51,835 bases of DNA from Chloroflexota bacterium. GTDB lineage: Bacteria > Chloroflexota > Dormibacteria > CF-121. Of the stretch, positions 1-8,965 are shown piece after piece. Numbering within the stretch: position 1 is the stretch's first letter; each line of letters opens with the position of its first letter. The position numbers and the translations under genes are program-made. The notes beneath the pieces are model-generated. The model did not search any database. It was not told the DNA's origin and saw only the letters and a list, made by a program, of their open reading frames with translations. The stretch spans positions 1-51,835 of the forward strand of contig VBHQ01000157.1 of the NCBI GenBank assembly GCA_005880395.1. Reading direction: 5' to 3'.

Positions 1-2265
1 TTTGACGACCTTTGCGACGGCGATCACGTCCTTGAAGGTCGCGCCTTCGGCGGGGTCGAGGTCGACCACCGACCAGTCGGGGTACTCGGGCTTGTCCGCC
101 CGCGAGTACCAGGGATGCATATCGATCACCGCGTGGTTCGCGAGCCAGGCGAGGGTCGCCACCTCTTCGATGAGGATCCAGTCCTTTAGACCCTTCTGGT
201 CCTTGTAGCGAAACGTGGGTATCCAGTCGGGAGCATAGTCCGGCTTGTCCTTCACCCAGTAGCTCTTGCCGTGGATGCCGTCCGGGTGCGGGTTCATCGA
301 CAGCGGCCGGTGGCTGTAGTAGGGAATCATCACCGGGGCAACCTGAACGTAGTAGCGGATCAGGTCGCGTTTCGAGTACTTGTCCTCCGGAAACAGCAGC
401 TTGTCGAGATTGGTCAGGTGCACGGTCCGCCCGCCGATCTCCCAGTGTCCTTCCTTGTGGATGGCGTCGAGCGCCTTCAGCTCGGCGGCGGTCGCGCCCC
501 GGATGCTTGGGCCGAGGGTTCGCCCGATCTTCGCGGCCGCGTGGCTGAGCGGCGTGTCCGGCAGGTCACTGGCGACGGGCTCGACCCGGGTCGGCCGGCG
601 TGCCACCGCAACCGTTTTCGACGCCACTCTTGACGTGGATCGCCCGGCGGCCCGGGTCTTGGGCTTGCTCGCCGTCTTCGTTTTGGCGGCAGCGGCCGCC
701 TCGCGGTCCGCATTGCGCGCCTCTTCGCGATGCACGTCTTTCGGATCGACATCGTTCCGTAGCCGAAGGAAGACCGGCTGGCGCATCACACCTTCGTGCG
801 TCCATTCGGTGAACTTCACCTCGGCGACCAACTGAGGCTTGACCCAGGTTGGCTTTTCATTGGTCTGCGGCGGTTTGCCCGAAAAAGGTGGTTGCTTGAC
901 GATCAACGGCTTCATCTGTGCGGCGAGGGCGGCCAGCGTCCGCTCGTCGAATCCGCCACCGGTGTGGCCTGCATAGACGAGCTTGCCCTCGTCATAGACG
1001 CCGACCAGGATGGCGCCGAAGTGTTTGCGGCTGTTGCGCGGGGCGGTGAAGCCGCCGATCACGACTTCCTGCTCGCGATTCGCCTTGATCTTCATCCAGG
1101 CGCTGCTGCGGGCGCCCGGCTGATAAAGGCTGTCCCGCAGCTTGGCGACGATCCCCTCGAGCTGCTGCTGCTTGGCCGCGGCAAAGAACGCCTTCCCTTC
1201 GCCGACGACGTGGTCCGAGTACTTGACCAGGTCGGAATCGCGCACGATGTCGCGCAACAGGCGCTTGCGGTCCTCGAGCGGGACCTTGAAAAGGCGCTGA
1301 CCATCGTAGTAGACGATGTCGAAGACCATGTAGTGCAGAGCGCGGGTCTCGCGGCCCCGGTTCTGCCAGAGCTGGAACGACGGCTTGCCATGCTCGTCGA
1401 GCACCACCACCTAGCCATCGATGATTGCCTGCTTCGCGTTGACGAATCGTGAGATCGCTTGCAGTTGTGGATACTCAGCATCGACCGAGCGGCCGGCGCG
1501 CGATTGCATTAAGACCTTGCCCTCGTCGATGAAGGCGATCAAACGAACGCCATCCCATTTGACTTCGAACAGCCAGCGGTCGTTATCGAAGGCCTGGTCA
1601 CCGAGCTGGGCCTTCATCGGGTCGAGCGTTTTGGGCATCGGGCCGTTCTCGGCGTTGGCCAGATTGATCAGCCCGCCCGCACCCTCCTCCCGCCGGCTCG
1701 ACCAAACCGCGTCTTTCCCTTGCTCGATCTCTTCCTTCGTCCGGCCGGTTTTGACCGAGGTGTCGAATGTCTCGATCGCGAACGTCGGATCGGCGGCCTC
1801 GTCCTTCTTCTTGATCAACAGCCAGTCTTTATCGGATCGGGTGCGGACCAGCGCGTAGCGGCCTTTGAGGCGGACGCCGCTGAGCGAGAACTTGACCTCG
1901 CCGCGGCGCATCGACTCAGCCGGCGTCGACTCCTCGAGTTTGAACGTCCCCCAATCCCAGACCATGACGGTACCGCCGCCGTACTCGCCTTTGGGAATCG
2001 TCCCCTCGAAGTCGTAGTAGCCGACCGGATGGTCTTCGACGTGCGCCGCCAGCCGGCGCTCCGCTGGGTTAAGCGTCGGCCCTTTGGGGATCGCCCAGCT
2101 GACCAGCACCCCTTCCATTTCGAGGCGAAAGTCGTAGTGCAGCCGTGTCGCCCAGTGCTTCTGCACGACGAAGCGGTTGCCGCCGCTTGGGTCCGGCACG
2201 CCCTTGGGCTCGGAAGTCTTGCTGAAATCGCGCTTTCGTTGATATTCGGCGAGCGAACGCGGCAT
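1..2265 (-). pseudogene. ligD: DNA ligase D (3'-phosphoesterase + ATP-dependent ligase + polymerase/primase domains). The 3' end runs off the window and the gene is interrupted by an in-frame TAG at 1411-1413.
   Basis: ORF 1411-2265 shows the PE domain (HYDFRLE, GGGTVMVWD) and ligase motif I (EVKWDGVR). My translation of the same frame below the TAG continues VVVLDEHGKPSFQLWQ...EGIVAKL...WMKIK, then LigD-Pol (HLTNLDKLLFPEDKYSKRDLIRYY), to position 1 with no further stop. Confidence 0.85.
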
Positions 2266-2291
2266 CGAATTGAGTTTGCCAGAATGATCCG

Positions 2292-3473
2292 ATGGTCACC
2301 GATCCTGAGCGGTTCGTCCTGGATATCGATCCGAACGCCGAAGAACGGCTGATCAACGTCCGCCGTGACCTTCACCAGCGCCCCGAAGTATCCGGTCGGG
2401 AAGAAGCGACCGCCGAGTACGTCGCGAACCGGCTCCGGGGGATGCCGCTGCAAAACCTCAAGGTGCGGGTCGGCGGGCATGGCGTCGTCGCCGAGGTGAA
2501 GGGCAGGCTCCCGGGTCGTACGGTGCTGGTACGCGCCGACATGGACGGGCTGCCCCTGGAAGAAACCGCCGATGTGCCGTTCCGCTCAACGAATGCCGGC
2601 GTGATGCACGCCTGTGGCCATGACGTGCATATGGCGATCGCGCTCGAGGTCGCCCAGGCGCTTTCCAGCCGCCAAGAGCACCTCCCCGGCATGGTGCGAT
2701 TCGCCTTCCAACCCGCCGAGGAGCGCGCCGGCGGAGCGAAGCCCATGATCCAGGCCGGCATTCTCGAGGGGGTCGATCGGGTGATTGGCCTTCACGTCTG
2801 GTCCGAGCTGGCCGTCGGAAAAATCTCGATTCGGCCAGATGTGGTCATGGCCAGCGCCGACATGTTCACGCTGACGATTTCTGGCAAGTCCGGTCACGGG
2901 GCACAGCCCCATCTCACGGTGGACGCGGTGACGATCGCGGCGGAAGTCGTCAGCGCGCTGCAGACGCTGGTCAGTCGCGAGACCGCCCCCAGCTCCCCGG
3001 TGGTGCTGACGATTGGCAGCGTGCACGGCGGCACCGCGGGCAATATTGTCGCCGGGGAAGTCGTGTTGGAAGGGACCTTGCGCACCTTCGACCGCGCCCT
3101 GCGCGATCGGTCGTTGCAGCGAATCGACGAGCTTGCTGAGGGAATCGCCCGTTCGATGCGCGGTCGGGCTGAATTTCGACTCGACTCGGAAACGATCCCC
3201 GTGGTCAACGATCCGGGGGTCGCCACACTCGTGAGCAAGGCGGCAGCCGGCGTACTGGGCGACGGCGCCGTCGTCCAGCTCGATCCGCTTACGGTCGGCG
3301 AAGACTTTGCCTATTTCCTGGAGGCGCGACCCGGCTGTTTTTTCCTGCTGGGCGGTGCTCCGACGGGACCCCGCGTCGTCCATCACACGCCGGATTTTCG
3401 GATCGACGAGCGATGCCTGTTGATCGGCTACCGGGTCATGAGCGCCGCCGTCCTGGCGCTACTGGCTTCGTAG
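2292..3473 (+). CDS. M20 family amidohydrolase / N-acyl-amino acid amidohydrolase-like peptidase
   Basis: 393 aa with motifs HACGHD, FQPAEE and GHGAQPH. Length is typical for M20D. Confidence 0.85.
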   Translation: MVTDPERFVLDIDPNAEERLINVRRDLHQRPEVSGREEATAEYVANRLRGMPLQNLKVRVGGHGVVAEVKGRLPGRTVLVRADMDGLPLEETADVPFRSTNAGVMHACGHDVHMAIALEVAQALSSRQEHLPGMVRFAFQPAEERAGGAKPMIQAGILEGVDRVIGLHVWSELAVGKISIRPDVVMASADMFTLTISGKSGHGAQPHLTVDAVTIAAEVVSALQTLVSRETAPSSPVVLTIGSVHGGTAGNIVAGEVVLEGTLRTFDRALRDRSLQRIDELAEGIARSMRGRAEFRLDSETIPVVNDPGVATLVSKAAAGVLGDGAVVQLDPLTVGEDFAYFLEARPGCFFLLGGAPTGPRVVHHTPDFRIDERCLLIGYRVMSAAVLALLAS

Positions 3474-3488
3474 TAAACCGCGTTTACT
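3472..3488. terminator. Short AT-rich hairpin spanning both stop codons of a convergent gene pair (possible bidirectional terminator)
   Basis: AGTAAAC-cgc-GTTTACT forms a 7-bp stem with a 3-nt loop. No clear U-tract. Confidence 0.25.
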
Positions 3489-3795
3489 GAGCGTCACGGG
3501 CGGTGTCGCCGGATGGAACCACGACCCGGGGCTTGCGAAGGCTGGGGCGGACGCTGAAGCCAATCAAGATCAGGCTGACCAGCAACCCGAACAACATGCT
3601 CAGCCAGTTCAGCCCAAAGCCGGCAACCGCGGCCAGCAACCCGAGCGAGCAGGCGAGCAGGGACACCATGCCGAGCACGCGGATAACGCGGTAGAGGCTG
3701 CTGTGGTAGGGGAGATGAATGCGTGCTTTGACGCCCGCCAGGTTCGCCGGGAGGTCGAGGTCATGCATCGAGGATTGCGCGAGGTGTCCGGCCAA
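3484..3795 (-). CDS. Hypothetical small membrane protein
   Basis: 103-aa ORF with two hydrophobic helices (VIRVLGMVSLLACSLGLLAAVAGFGLNWLSMLFGLLVSLILIGF). No family recognised. Confidence 0.4.
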   Translation of the reverse strand: MAGHLAQSSMHDLDLPANLAGVKARIHLPYHSSLYRVIRVLGMVSLLACSLGLLAAVAGFGLNWLSMLFGLLVSLILIGFSVRPSLRKPRVVVPSGDTARDAQ

Positions 3796-3872
3796 CTCCG
3801 CCTCGTATAACGGGCGCGCCGGGTCCCTCCCGTCACGCCGCCGTTACAGTCGGCCGCCTAACAGGTCACACC

Positions 3873-3878
3873 TATAAT
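3873..3878 (+). promoter_or_regulatory. -10 box TATAAT, 7 nt upstream of ATG 3886 (probable leaderless transcript)
   Basis: Perfect TATAAT in an otherwise GC-rich spacer. No SD before the ATG, and no convincing -35. Confidence 0.4.
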
Positions 3879-3885
3879 TTCGACG

Positions 3886-4281
3886 ATGCCCACCGCCCTG
3901 CTTGATTCGCGCACGGTTGAACAGGCGATGTCGTCGCAGTTCGCCTTTTGCTTTCCCAATACCAGCCTCGCCCAGGCGGCTCGGATGATGGCGCAGAACC
4001 GGGTTTACGAACTCCCGGTCATCGTCGACCAGCGGAGTCTGGGCTATATCTCGTATCTGGACATCCTGCAGCGCTACGTGCGCGGGCAGCTGGCGGGCCG
4101 GGCCGCCGACCTGGTGCGGGCGCCGCTGCCCGAGGTGCGGCCAGAGCTGCGCCTCTCGGAGGCGATCCGCCTGCTGGACGAAAGCGGGCGGCAACTGGTG
4201 CTGGTCACGACATCGGCGGGCATGCCGATCGGGGCGCTGACCGTCCGCGATGTGACCCGGACCATGGCGCCGGCCGCCTGA
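3886..4281 (+). CDS. CBS-pair domain protein
   Basis: 131 aa with two CBS-like repeats (ELPVIVDQRSLGYISYLDIL; LVLVTTSAGMPIGALTVRDV). Stop TGA shares its A (4281) with the next ATG (TGATG). Confidence 0.75.
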   Translation: MPTALLDSRTVEQAMSSQFAFCFPNTSLAQAARMMAQNRVYELPVIVDQRSLGYISYLDILQRYVRGQLAGRAADLVRAPLPEVRPELRLSEAIRLLDESGRQLVLVTTSAGMPIGALTVRDVTRTMAPAA

Positions 4282-6497
4282 TGCCTGCCCTCAGCAAGGT
4301 CGTCCAGCCAGTCCCGGAGACGTGTTCCGCTGAGCTCAGCGCGGGCGAGGCGCTGCAGCAGCTGCTCGCGACCGGGGCCGACGCCCTGCTCGTCGAGAAG
4401 CAGGGGACGATCGTCGGGTTGTTCGGACATCGTGAGGCGGTCGCCGCCTTCGACGATGGGAGCCGGCCGGTCGAGCGCTACATGCGCCGGCCGCTGCCGG
4501 GGCGCAACGTGGCCGATTCACTCGAGTCCGGCGCCGACATCATGTATCGCGAAGATACGCCGTTGGTTCTGATCACCGAGGATGAGGGTCCGCTGTTCAA
4601 GAAGACGTCGAAGACGATCGGCATCGTCAGCGCCCTCGAAGTGCTGGCCGAGATCGGCAAGACCACAACCGACACCGCCTCCAACAAGGTCTTCCTCGGG
4701 CGTCGTGACCTGGGCCTCAACGTCCCGGTGTCACCCTGCCAGCGGGCCTGCCCCATCCACCAGGACATCGCCACCTACGTCGACTACGTTTCGCAGGGCC
4801 GATACCTCGATTCCTGGCTCGTGATCCACGAGACCAATCCCTTTCCGTCGATGCTCGGACGCCTTTGCAACCATCCATGCGAGACCGATTGCAAGCGTGG
4901 CTGGGTGCAGGGGCCGGAGAACGCCGTCTCGATCAAGTCGCTGAAGCGATTCGCCACCGACTATGCATGGGCGCGGCGAGTGAAGATCGACTGGCAGCGG
5001 GCTCCCGAGAACGGCAAGCGGGTGGCGATCGTCGGTTCCGGGCCGGCCGGCATGACGGCAGCACAGGACCTGCGCTTGATGGGCTACACGGTCGACCTTT
5101 ACGAGCGGGAAGCGAAGCTGGGTGGCCTGCTGTCGGCAAGCATCCCGCATTTCCGTTTCGACATCGACCAGCTGGAGTGGGAGATGCAGATGATCGTCGA
5201 CATGGGGGTCAACGTCTTCCTCAACAAGAACGTCGGGAAGGACATCAAGCTCGAGCAGCTGTTCAAGGAGTACGACGCGGTGTTTCTCTCGGTGGGCATG
5301 ATGACCGGACGCATCCTGCCGGTTCCAGGATCCGATCTCCCCGAGGTGATCTCAGCGATGGAGTTCCTTCGCGTCCGCTCTTACGACATCATGCCGGAGA
5401 ATTTCCCGCGCGGCGGCGATGTCGTGGTCATCGGCGGTGGCGCGGTCGCGACCGATGCCGCCCAAACGTCGATCAAATCCGGCGCCCGCAAGGTGTGGAT
5501 GGTGTCGATCGAGCCGGCCGACCGTCTGCCCGCTTTCGGCAACGAGCTGGTCGAGGCTCGCGAAATTGGCCTGACCCTGCACACCGGGGTCATCGTCAAC
5601 GCCATCAAGGCAGATGGCGCCGGTCATGTCAGCGGCGTCGAGTTCATTCGGGTCGATGAGAGCAAGCTCGAGTTCGATCCCGAGAGCGGCAAGCTCCTGA
5701 TCAACACGGTGCAGAAGCTCCCCGGCACCGAGCACGTGATCCCCTGCCGGTATGCGATCTTCGCCTCCGGCCAGATCATGGATTTCGCCCAGGACCAGGG
5801 CGTGCCACTCACCCCGCGCAAGCTGATGGAGGCAGACACCGGTGGGCACACGAAGCTGGACAAGCTCTTCGCCGGCGGTGATTGCGTCGAAGGACCGTCG
5901 TTCATCGTCAATGCCATCGCCTGGGGTCATCGCACCGCGCGCTCGATCAACGAGTACCTCGGTGCGGCGATCCCGCGCGACGCCAAGCCGATCACGGTGA
6001 TCGAGACCACCGACGACCACCGCGAGGCGGATTACTACAACCGCGAAGAGCCGCCCATCCTCCCTGCCGACAAGCGGATGGACATGACGCCGGTCGAGCT
6101 TCCATGGAACGATGAGCAGGCGATCACCGCGGCGCTCCGCTGCTTCCAGTGCGACACGGTGCATCACGTCGACGAGTCAACCTGCATCCTCTGTGGCGCC
6201 TGCGACGACGTCTGCCCGGAAAAAGCGCTCGACGTCGTCGTCTACGGCGAGAATCGCGACACCTCGAGCGGCGGCTTCGTGGAGATCTGCAACACGGTGC
6301 TCGGCGAGGAGTTTGGGGGCAAGGCGGGAAAGATCCTGGTCAACTACGACCGCTGCACCAACTGCCGGATTTGTGAGGACCATTGCCCGGTGAACTGCAT
6401 CACCTTTCAGCGAGTCCGCTTCCGCGACGACGCCATGCAGATGATCCCGCTGACGCCGGTCGCCTCCCGCGACCGGATGCCGGCGAACGCCGTCTGA
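4281..6497 (+). CDS. CBS-pair + GltD/NfnB-like NAD(P)H-FAD oxidoreductase + C-terminal 2x[4Fe-4S] ferredoxin domain
   Basis: In-frame ATG at 4281; the upstream part of the 849-aa ORF overlaps the CBS gene in another frame. Motifs: CQRACP...CNHPCETDC, VAIVGSGPAGMTAAQDL, CILCGACDDVCP, CTNCRICEDHCP. Confidence 0.8.
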   Translation: MPALSKVVQPVPETCSAELSAGEALQQLLATGADALLVEKQGTIVGLFGHREAVAAFDDGSRPVERYMRRPLPGRNVADSLESGADIMYREDTPLVLITEDEGPLFKKTSKTIGIVSALEVLAEIGKTTTDTASNKVFLGRRDLGLNVPVSPCQRACPIHQDIATYVDYVSQGRYLDSWLVIHETNPFPSMLGRLCNHPCETDCKRGWVQGPENAVSIKSLKRFATDYAWARRVKIDWQRAPENGKRVAIVGSGPAGMTAAQDLRLMGYTVDLYEREAKLGGLLSASIPHFRFDIDQLEWEMQMIVDMGVNVFLNKNVGKDIKLEQLFKEYDAVFLSVGMMTGRILPVPGSDLPEVISAMEFLRVRSYDIMPENFPRGGDVVVIGGGAVATDAAQTSIKSGARKVWMVSIEPADRLPAFGNELVEAREIGLTLHTGVIVNAIKADGAGHVSGVEFIRVDESKLEFDPESGKLLINTVQKLPGTEHVIPCRYAIFASGQIMDFAQDQGVPLTPRKLMEADTGGHTKLDKLFAGGDCVEGPSFIVNAIAWGHRTARSINEYLGAAIPRDAKPITVIETTDDHREADYYNREEPPILPADKRMDMTPVELPWNDEQAITAALRCFQCDTVHHVDESTCILCGACDDVCPEKALDVVVYGENRDTSSGGFVEICNTVLGEEFGGKAGKILVNYDRCTNCRICEDHCPVNCITFQRVRFRDDAMQMIPLTPVASRDRMPANAV

Positions 6498-6498
6498 G

Positions 6499-7500
6499 AT
6501 GGCAAACGCCACCATCGACGAACGCGTCGCCGGCGTCAGCGCGGCCGCCCTCGAGCGCCGTCTGCCACCGGCGTGGCGGCTCGTGCCATTGCTGTTCTAC
6601 GGTCTGGCATTCGCGCTGGTCCGTGGTGACATCGCCAGCCTGCCAGGGTCGGTGGCCGATCTTTCGCTGCATCTCTACTTCGCGGCGATGGCCTGCTATG
6701 TCGGCGGCATGTTTGCCTACTTCGCGTACTTCGCGTATCGCAACGAGGCGATGCGCTGGCTCGGGATCGCGATCGTTGTCCCGGGCGCGCTCCTGCACGT
6801 CGGCGCGATCGTGTCGCGTGGCTTTGCCGATGGTCACTACCCGCTGGCCAACATGTACGAGTACAGCAGCATGCTGGCGTTGGTCGCGGTCACGGTCTTT
6901 TTGCTGATGACCATTCGCTGGCCGGTCGCCTCGCTCGGTGGCGGCGTCGCCCTCTTCGTCGTCGTGGCGCTGATGGGGATTGGCTATGGCCTCTATCAAT
7001 CCCCGGAGCCGCTGGTCCCGGCGCTGCAGAGTTACTGGCTGAAGATCCACGTCACCAGCATGATGGCCTCGTCGGGCGTTCTGGTCTCGAGCTTCGTCTT
7101 CGCCGCGCTTTATCTGATCAAGGACCGAAGCGCGAGCGTCAAGTCCTGGCTCAACGGCAGCGCCATGGCCGCCCGGCTGCCCAGCCTGGAGACGCTCGAC
7201 CGGCTGACGTTCCGCGCCATCCTCCTCGGCTTTCCGATCTGGACCTTCGGCACCATGGCCGGGGCCATCTGGGGCGAGCATGCCTGGGGCCGCTGGTGGG
7301 GCTGGGATCCGAAAGAGACCTGGGCGGCCATCACCTGGATCGTCTACGCGATCTACCTGCACGCGCACACGCTGCGTGCCTGGCGTGGCCGGCGCACCGC
7401 GCTGATCGCGACGGTGGGATTTGTGTCCATCATGGTCACGCTCTACGCCGTGAATCTATGGATCGTCGGCTTGCATTCCTATGCACGGGGAGCTGGCTAG
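6499..7500 (+). CDS. ccsA: Cytochrome c biogenesis protein CcsA/ResC (system II heme handling)
   Basis: Polytopic membrane protein with the tryptophan-rich WGRWWGWDPKETW motif and flanking conserved His residues. Starts 1 nt after the previous stop. Confidence 0.85.
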   Translation: MANATIDERVAGVSAAALERRLPPAWRLVPLLFYGLAFALVRGDIASLPGSVADLSLHLYFAAMACYVGGMFAYFAYFAYRNEAMRWLGIAIVVPGALLHVGAIVSRGFADGHYPLANMYEYSSMLALVAVTVFLLMTIRWPVASLGGGVALFVVVALMGIGYGLYQSPEPLVPALQSYWLKIHVTSMMASSGVLVSSFVFAALYLIKDRSASVKSWLNGSAMAARLPSLETLDRLTFRAILLGFPIWTFGTMAGAIWGEHAWGRWWGWDPKETWAAITWIVYAIYLHAHTLRAWRGRRTALIATVGFVSIMVTLYAVNLWIVGLHSYARGAG

Positions 7501-7672
7501 CGGCCGCAGTTAGACAGGGATCTAACCGGGCGGGTGCGTCGTCCAGCCGCCCATCGCGCACTCGGCCGAAATCACGACGGCCTCGTTTGCGCGTACAGGC
7601 GGCATACGACGCCCGCCCTATTACGCCCGAAAGGGCGGCGCCGCGAGCGGCGCTAAGCCGGTTCCAGTAGGC

Positions 7673-8929
7673 GTGAGGTTTCGACCCAGGCTCGTGCCGG
7701 CGCCACCCAGTCACGTCTCGGGTGCGGTGAGTCCCAGCTGGCGGACGAGTCTCTATGTGATCTGTGTCGCCCAGGCAACGGCGATGTTGGCGTTTGGCTT
7801 TGTCTTGCCTTTTCTGCCGCTCTATTTGCGAGAGATCGGCGTCAGTCCCGACAGCGCCGTCGTGTTCTGGTCCGGCGCCCTCGTCACCAGCACCGGCGTT
7901 TCGCTGGCGATCTTCAGTCCGATCTGGGGGGCGCTCGCCGACCGTCGCGGCCGCAAGCTGATGGTGCTCCGCTCGATGCTGGTCGGCGGACTGATCATCG
8001 CGCTGATGGGGCTGGTGCAAAACGTCGGCCAGTTTCTCGCGCTGCGCATCTTGCAGGGAATGTTCACGGGGACAATCGCCGCCTCGACCGCATTGGTGGC
8101 GAGCATCGTCCCGCGCGAGCGACTGGCGGCCAGCATGGGGATCCTGCAGACCAGCGTCTATGTCGGCATCTCGGCCGGGCCGGTGATGGGTGGCGTGATC
8201 GCGCAGGTTGCCGGCATTCGGGGCACATTTTTCGTGGCCGGCGGGATGCTCGTGATCGCCGGGTTGTTGGTCTGGCAGTTCGTGCATGAACACTTTGCCC
8301 CACCGTCGAGCGCGCCCCGCCTCGGGTTCATGCAAACGCTCGGGCATGGGCTGCGCTCGCGGGCGCTGATGCCGCTGATGGTCACGCTGTTGCTCGTCCA
8401 GCTCAGCTCGGCGATCGTCTTTCCCATCCTGCCGCTCTACGTGCAGCAACTGTCTTCGCCCGGCGATCCCGTCAAGCTGTATGCCGGTCTCGCCTTCGGA
8501 TTGACCGCCGGGTTCAGCGCCCTGGCGGCGATTTCATACGGCAAGCTCGTCGATCGCGGCGGCTATCGCCGGATCCTGGTCTTCGCCTGTTTCGGCGCCG
8601 CCCTCTTCTTTCTGCCGCAGGCCTTTGCCCGAAACATCGCGCAGCTCCTTCTCCTGCGGGCGGGTCTGGGCATCTTCTTCGGGGTGCTGATCCCCGCCAC
8701 CAACGCGATCGTCGGCCTGTCGACGCCGCCGGAGATCCGGGGTTCGGCCTATGGCTTGACCAACGGTGGCACCGCCGTCGGTAATGCGATCGGTCCGCTG
8801 CTCGGATCGACGATCGCGGCCAGCTTCGGCTATTCCGCCGTGTTCATTGCCACCGCGACGGTGCTCGTCGCGCTCGGCGGCTGGGTGATGGCGCTGGTTC
8901 GCGAACCAACGGCGAGCCCTACACCCTGA
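7673..8929 (+). CDS. MFS transporter (drug-resistance-like). The true start may be further downstream.
   Basis: About 12 TM segments with an MFS signature GALADRRGRKLM. The N-terminal 30 aa of the ORF look non-native. Confidence 0.75.
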   Translation: MRFRPRLVPAPPSHVSGAVSPSWRTSLYVICVAQATAMLAFGFVLPFLPLYLREIGVSPDSAVVFWSGALVTSTGVSLAIFSPIWGALADRRGRKLMVLRSMLVGGLIIALMGLVQNVGQFLALRILQGMFTGTIAASTALVASIVPRERLAASMGILQTSVYVGISAGPVMGGVIAQVAGIRGTFFVAGGMLVIAGLLVWQFVHEHFAPPSSAPRLGFMQTLGHGLRSRALMPLMVTLLLVQLSSAIVFPILPLYVQQLSSPGDPVKLYAGLAFGLTAGFSALAAISYGKLVDRGGYRRILVFACFGAALFFLPQAFARNIAQLLLLRAGLGIFFGVLIPATNAIVGLSTPPEIRGSAYGLTNGGTAVGNAIGPLLGSTIAASFGYSAVFIATATVLVALGGWVMALVREPTASPTP

Positions 8930-8958
8930 CCCGGACAAGGGCGAGGGAATATCCCCGG

Positions 8959-8964
8959 TAGACT
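8959..8964 (+). promoter_or_regulatory. -10-like TAGACT, 7 nt upstream of ATG 8972 (possible leaderless tldD start)
   Basis: TAGACT c GTG AGC ATG. The box is preceded by GGGAATATCCCC. No SD. Confidence 0.3.
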
Positions 8965-8965
8965 C

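Noticed and set aside
1411-1413. The idea that the ligD TAG encodes pyrrolysine or reflects a reassigned stop
   Set aside because: TAG terminates other well-defined genes in the window, and no pyl-type genes are seen here.
3948-4280. N-terminal 111 codons of the 849-aa ORF
   Set aside because: They overlap the CBS gene in another frame and are Arg/Gly/Ala junk. The in-frame ATG at 4281 is coupled to the upstream stop.
7501-7672. 172-nt intergenic region with GC hairpins (CGCCC-gaaa-GGGCG, GCGCCG-cgag-CGGCGC), examined for a tRNA, riboswitch or sRNA
   Set aside because: It has no cloverleaf or T-loop consensus and no riboswitch core I can recognise. The hairpins lack U-tracts, so it is left unassigned.
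6400-8449. 322-aa and 337-aa minus-strand ORFs over ccsA and the MFS gene
   Set aside because: These are antisense shadows with low-complexity charged sequence and no family resemblance.
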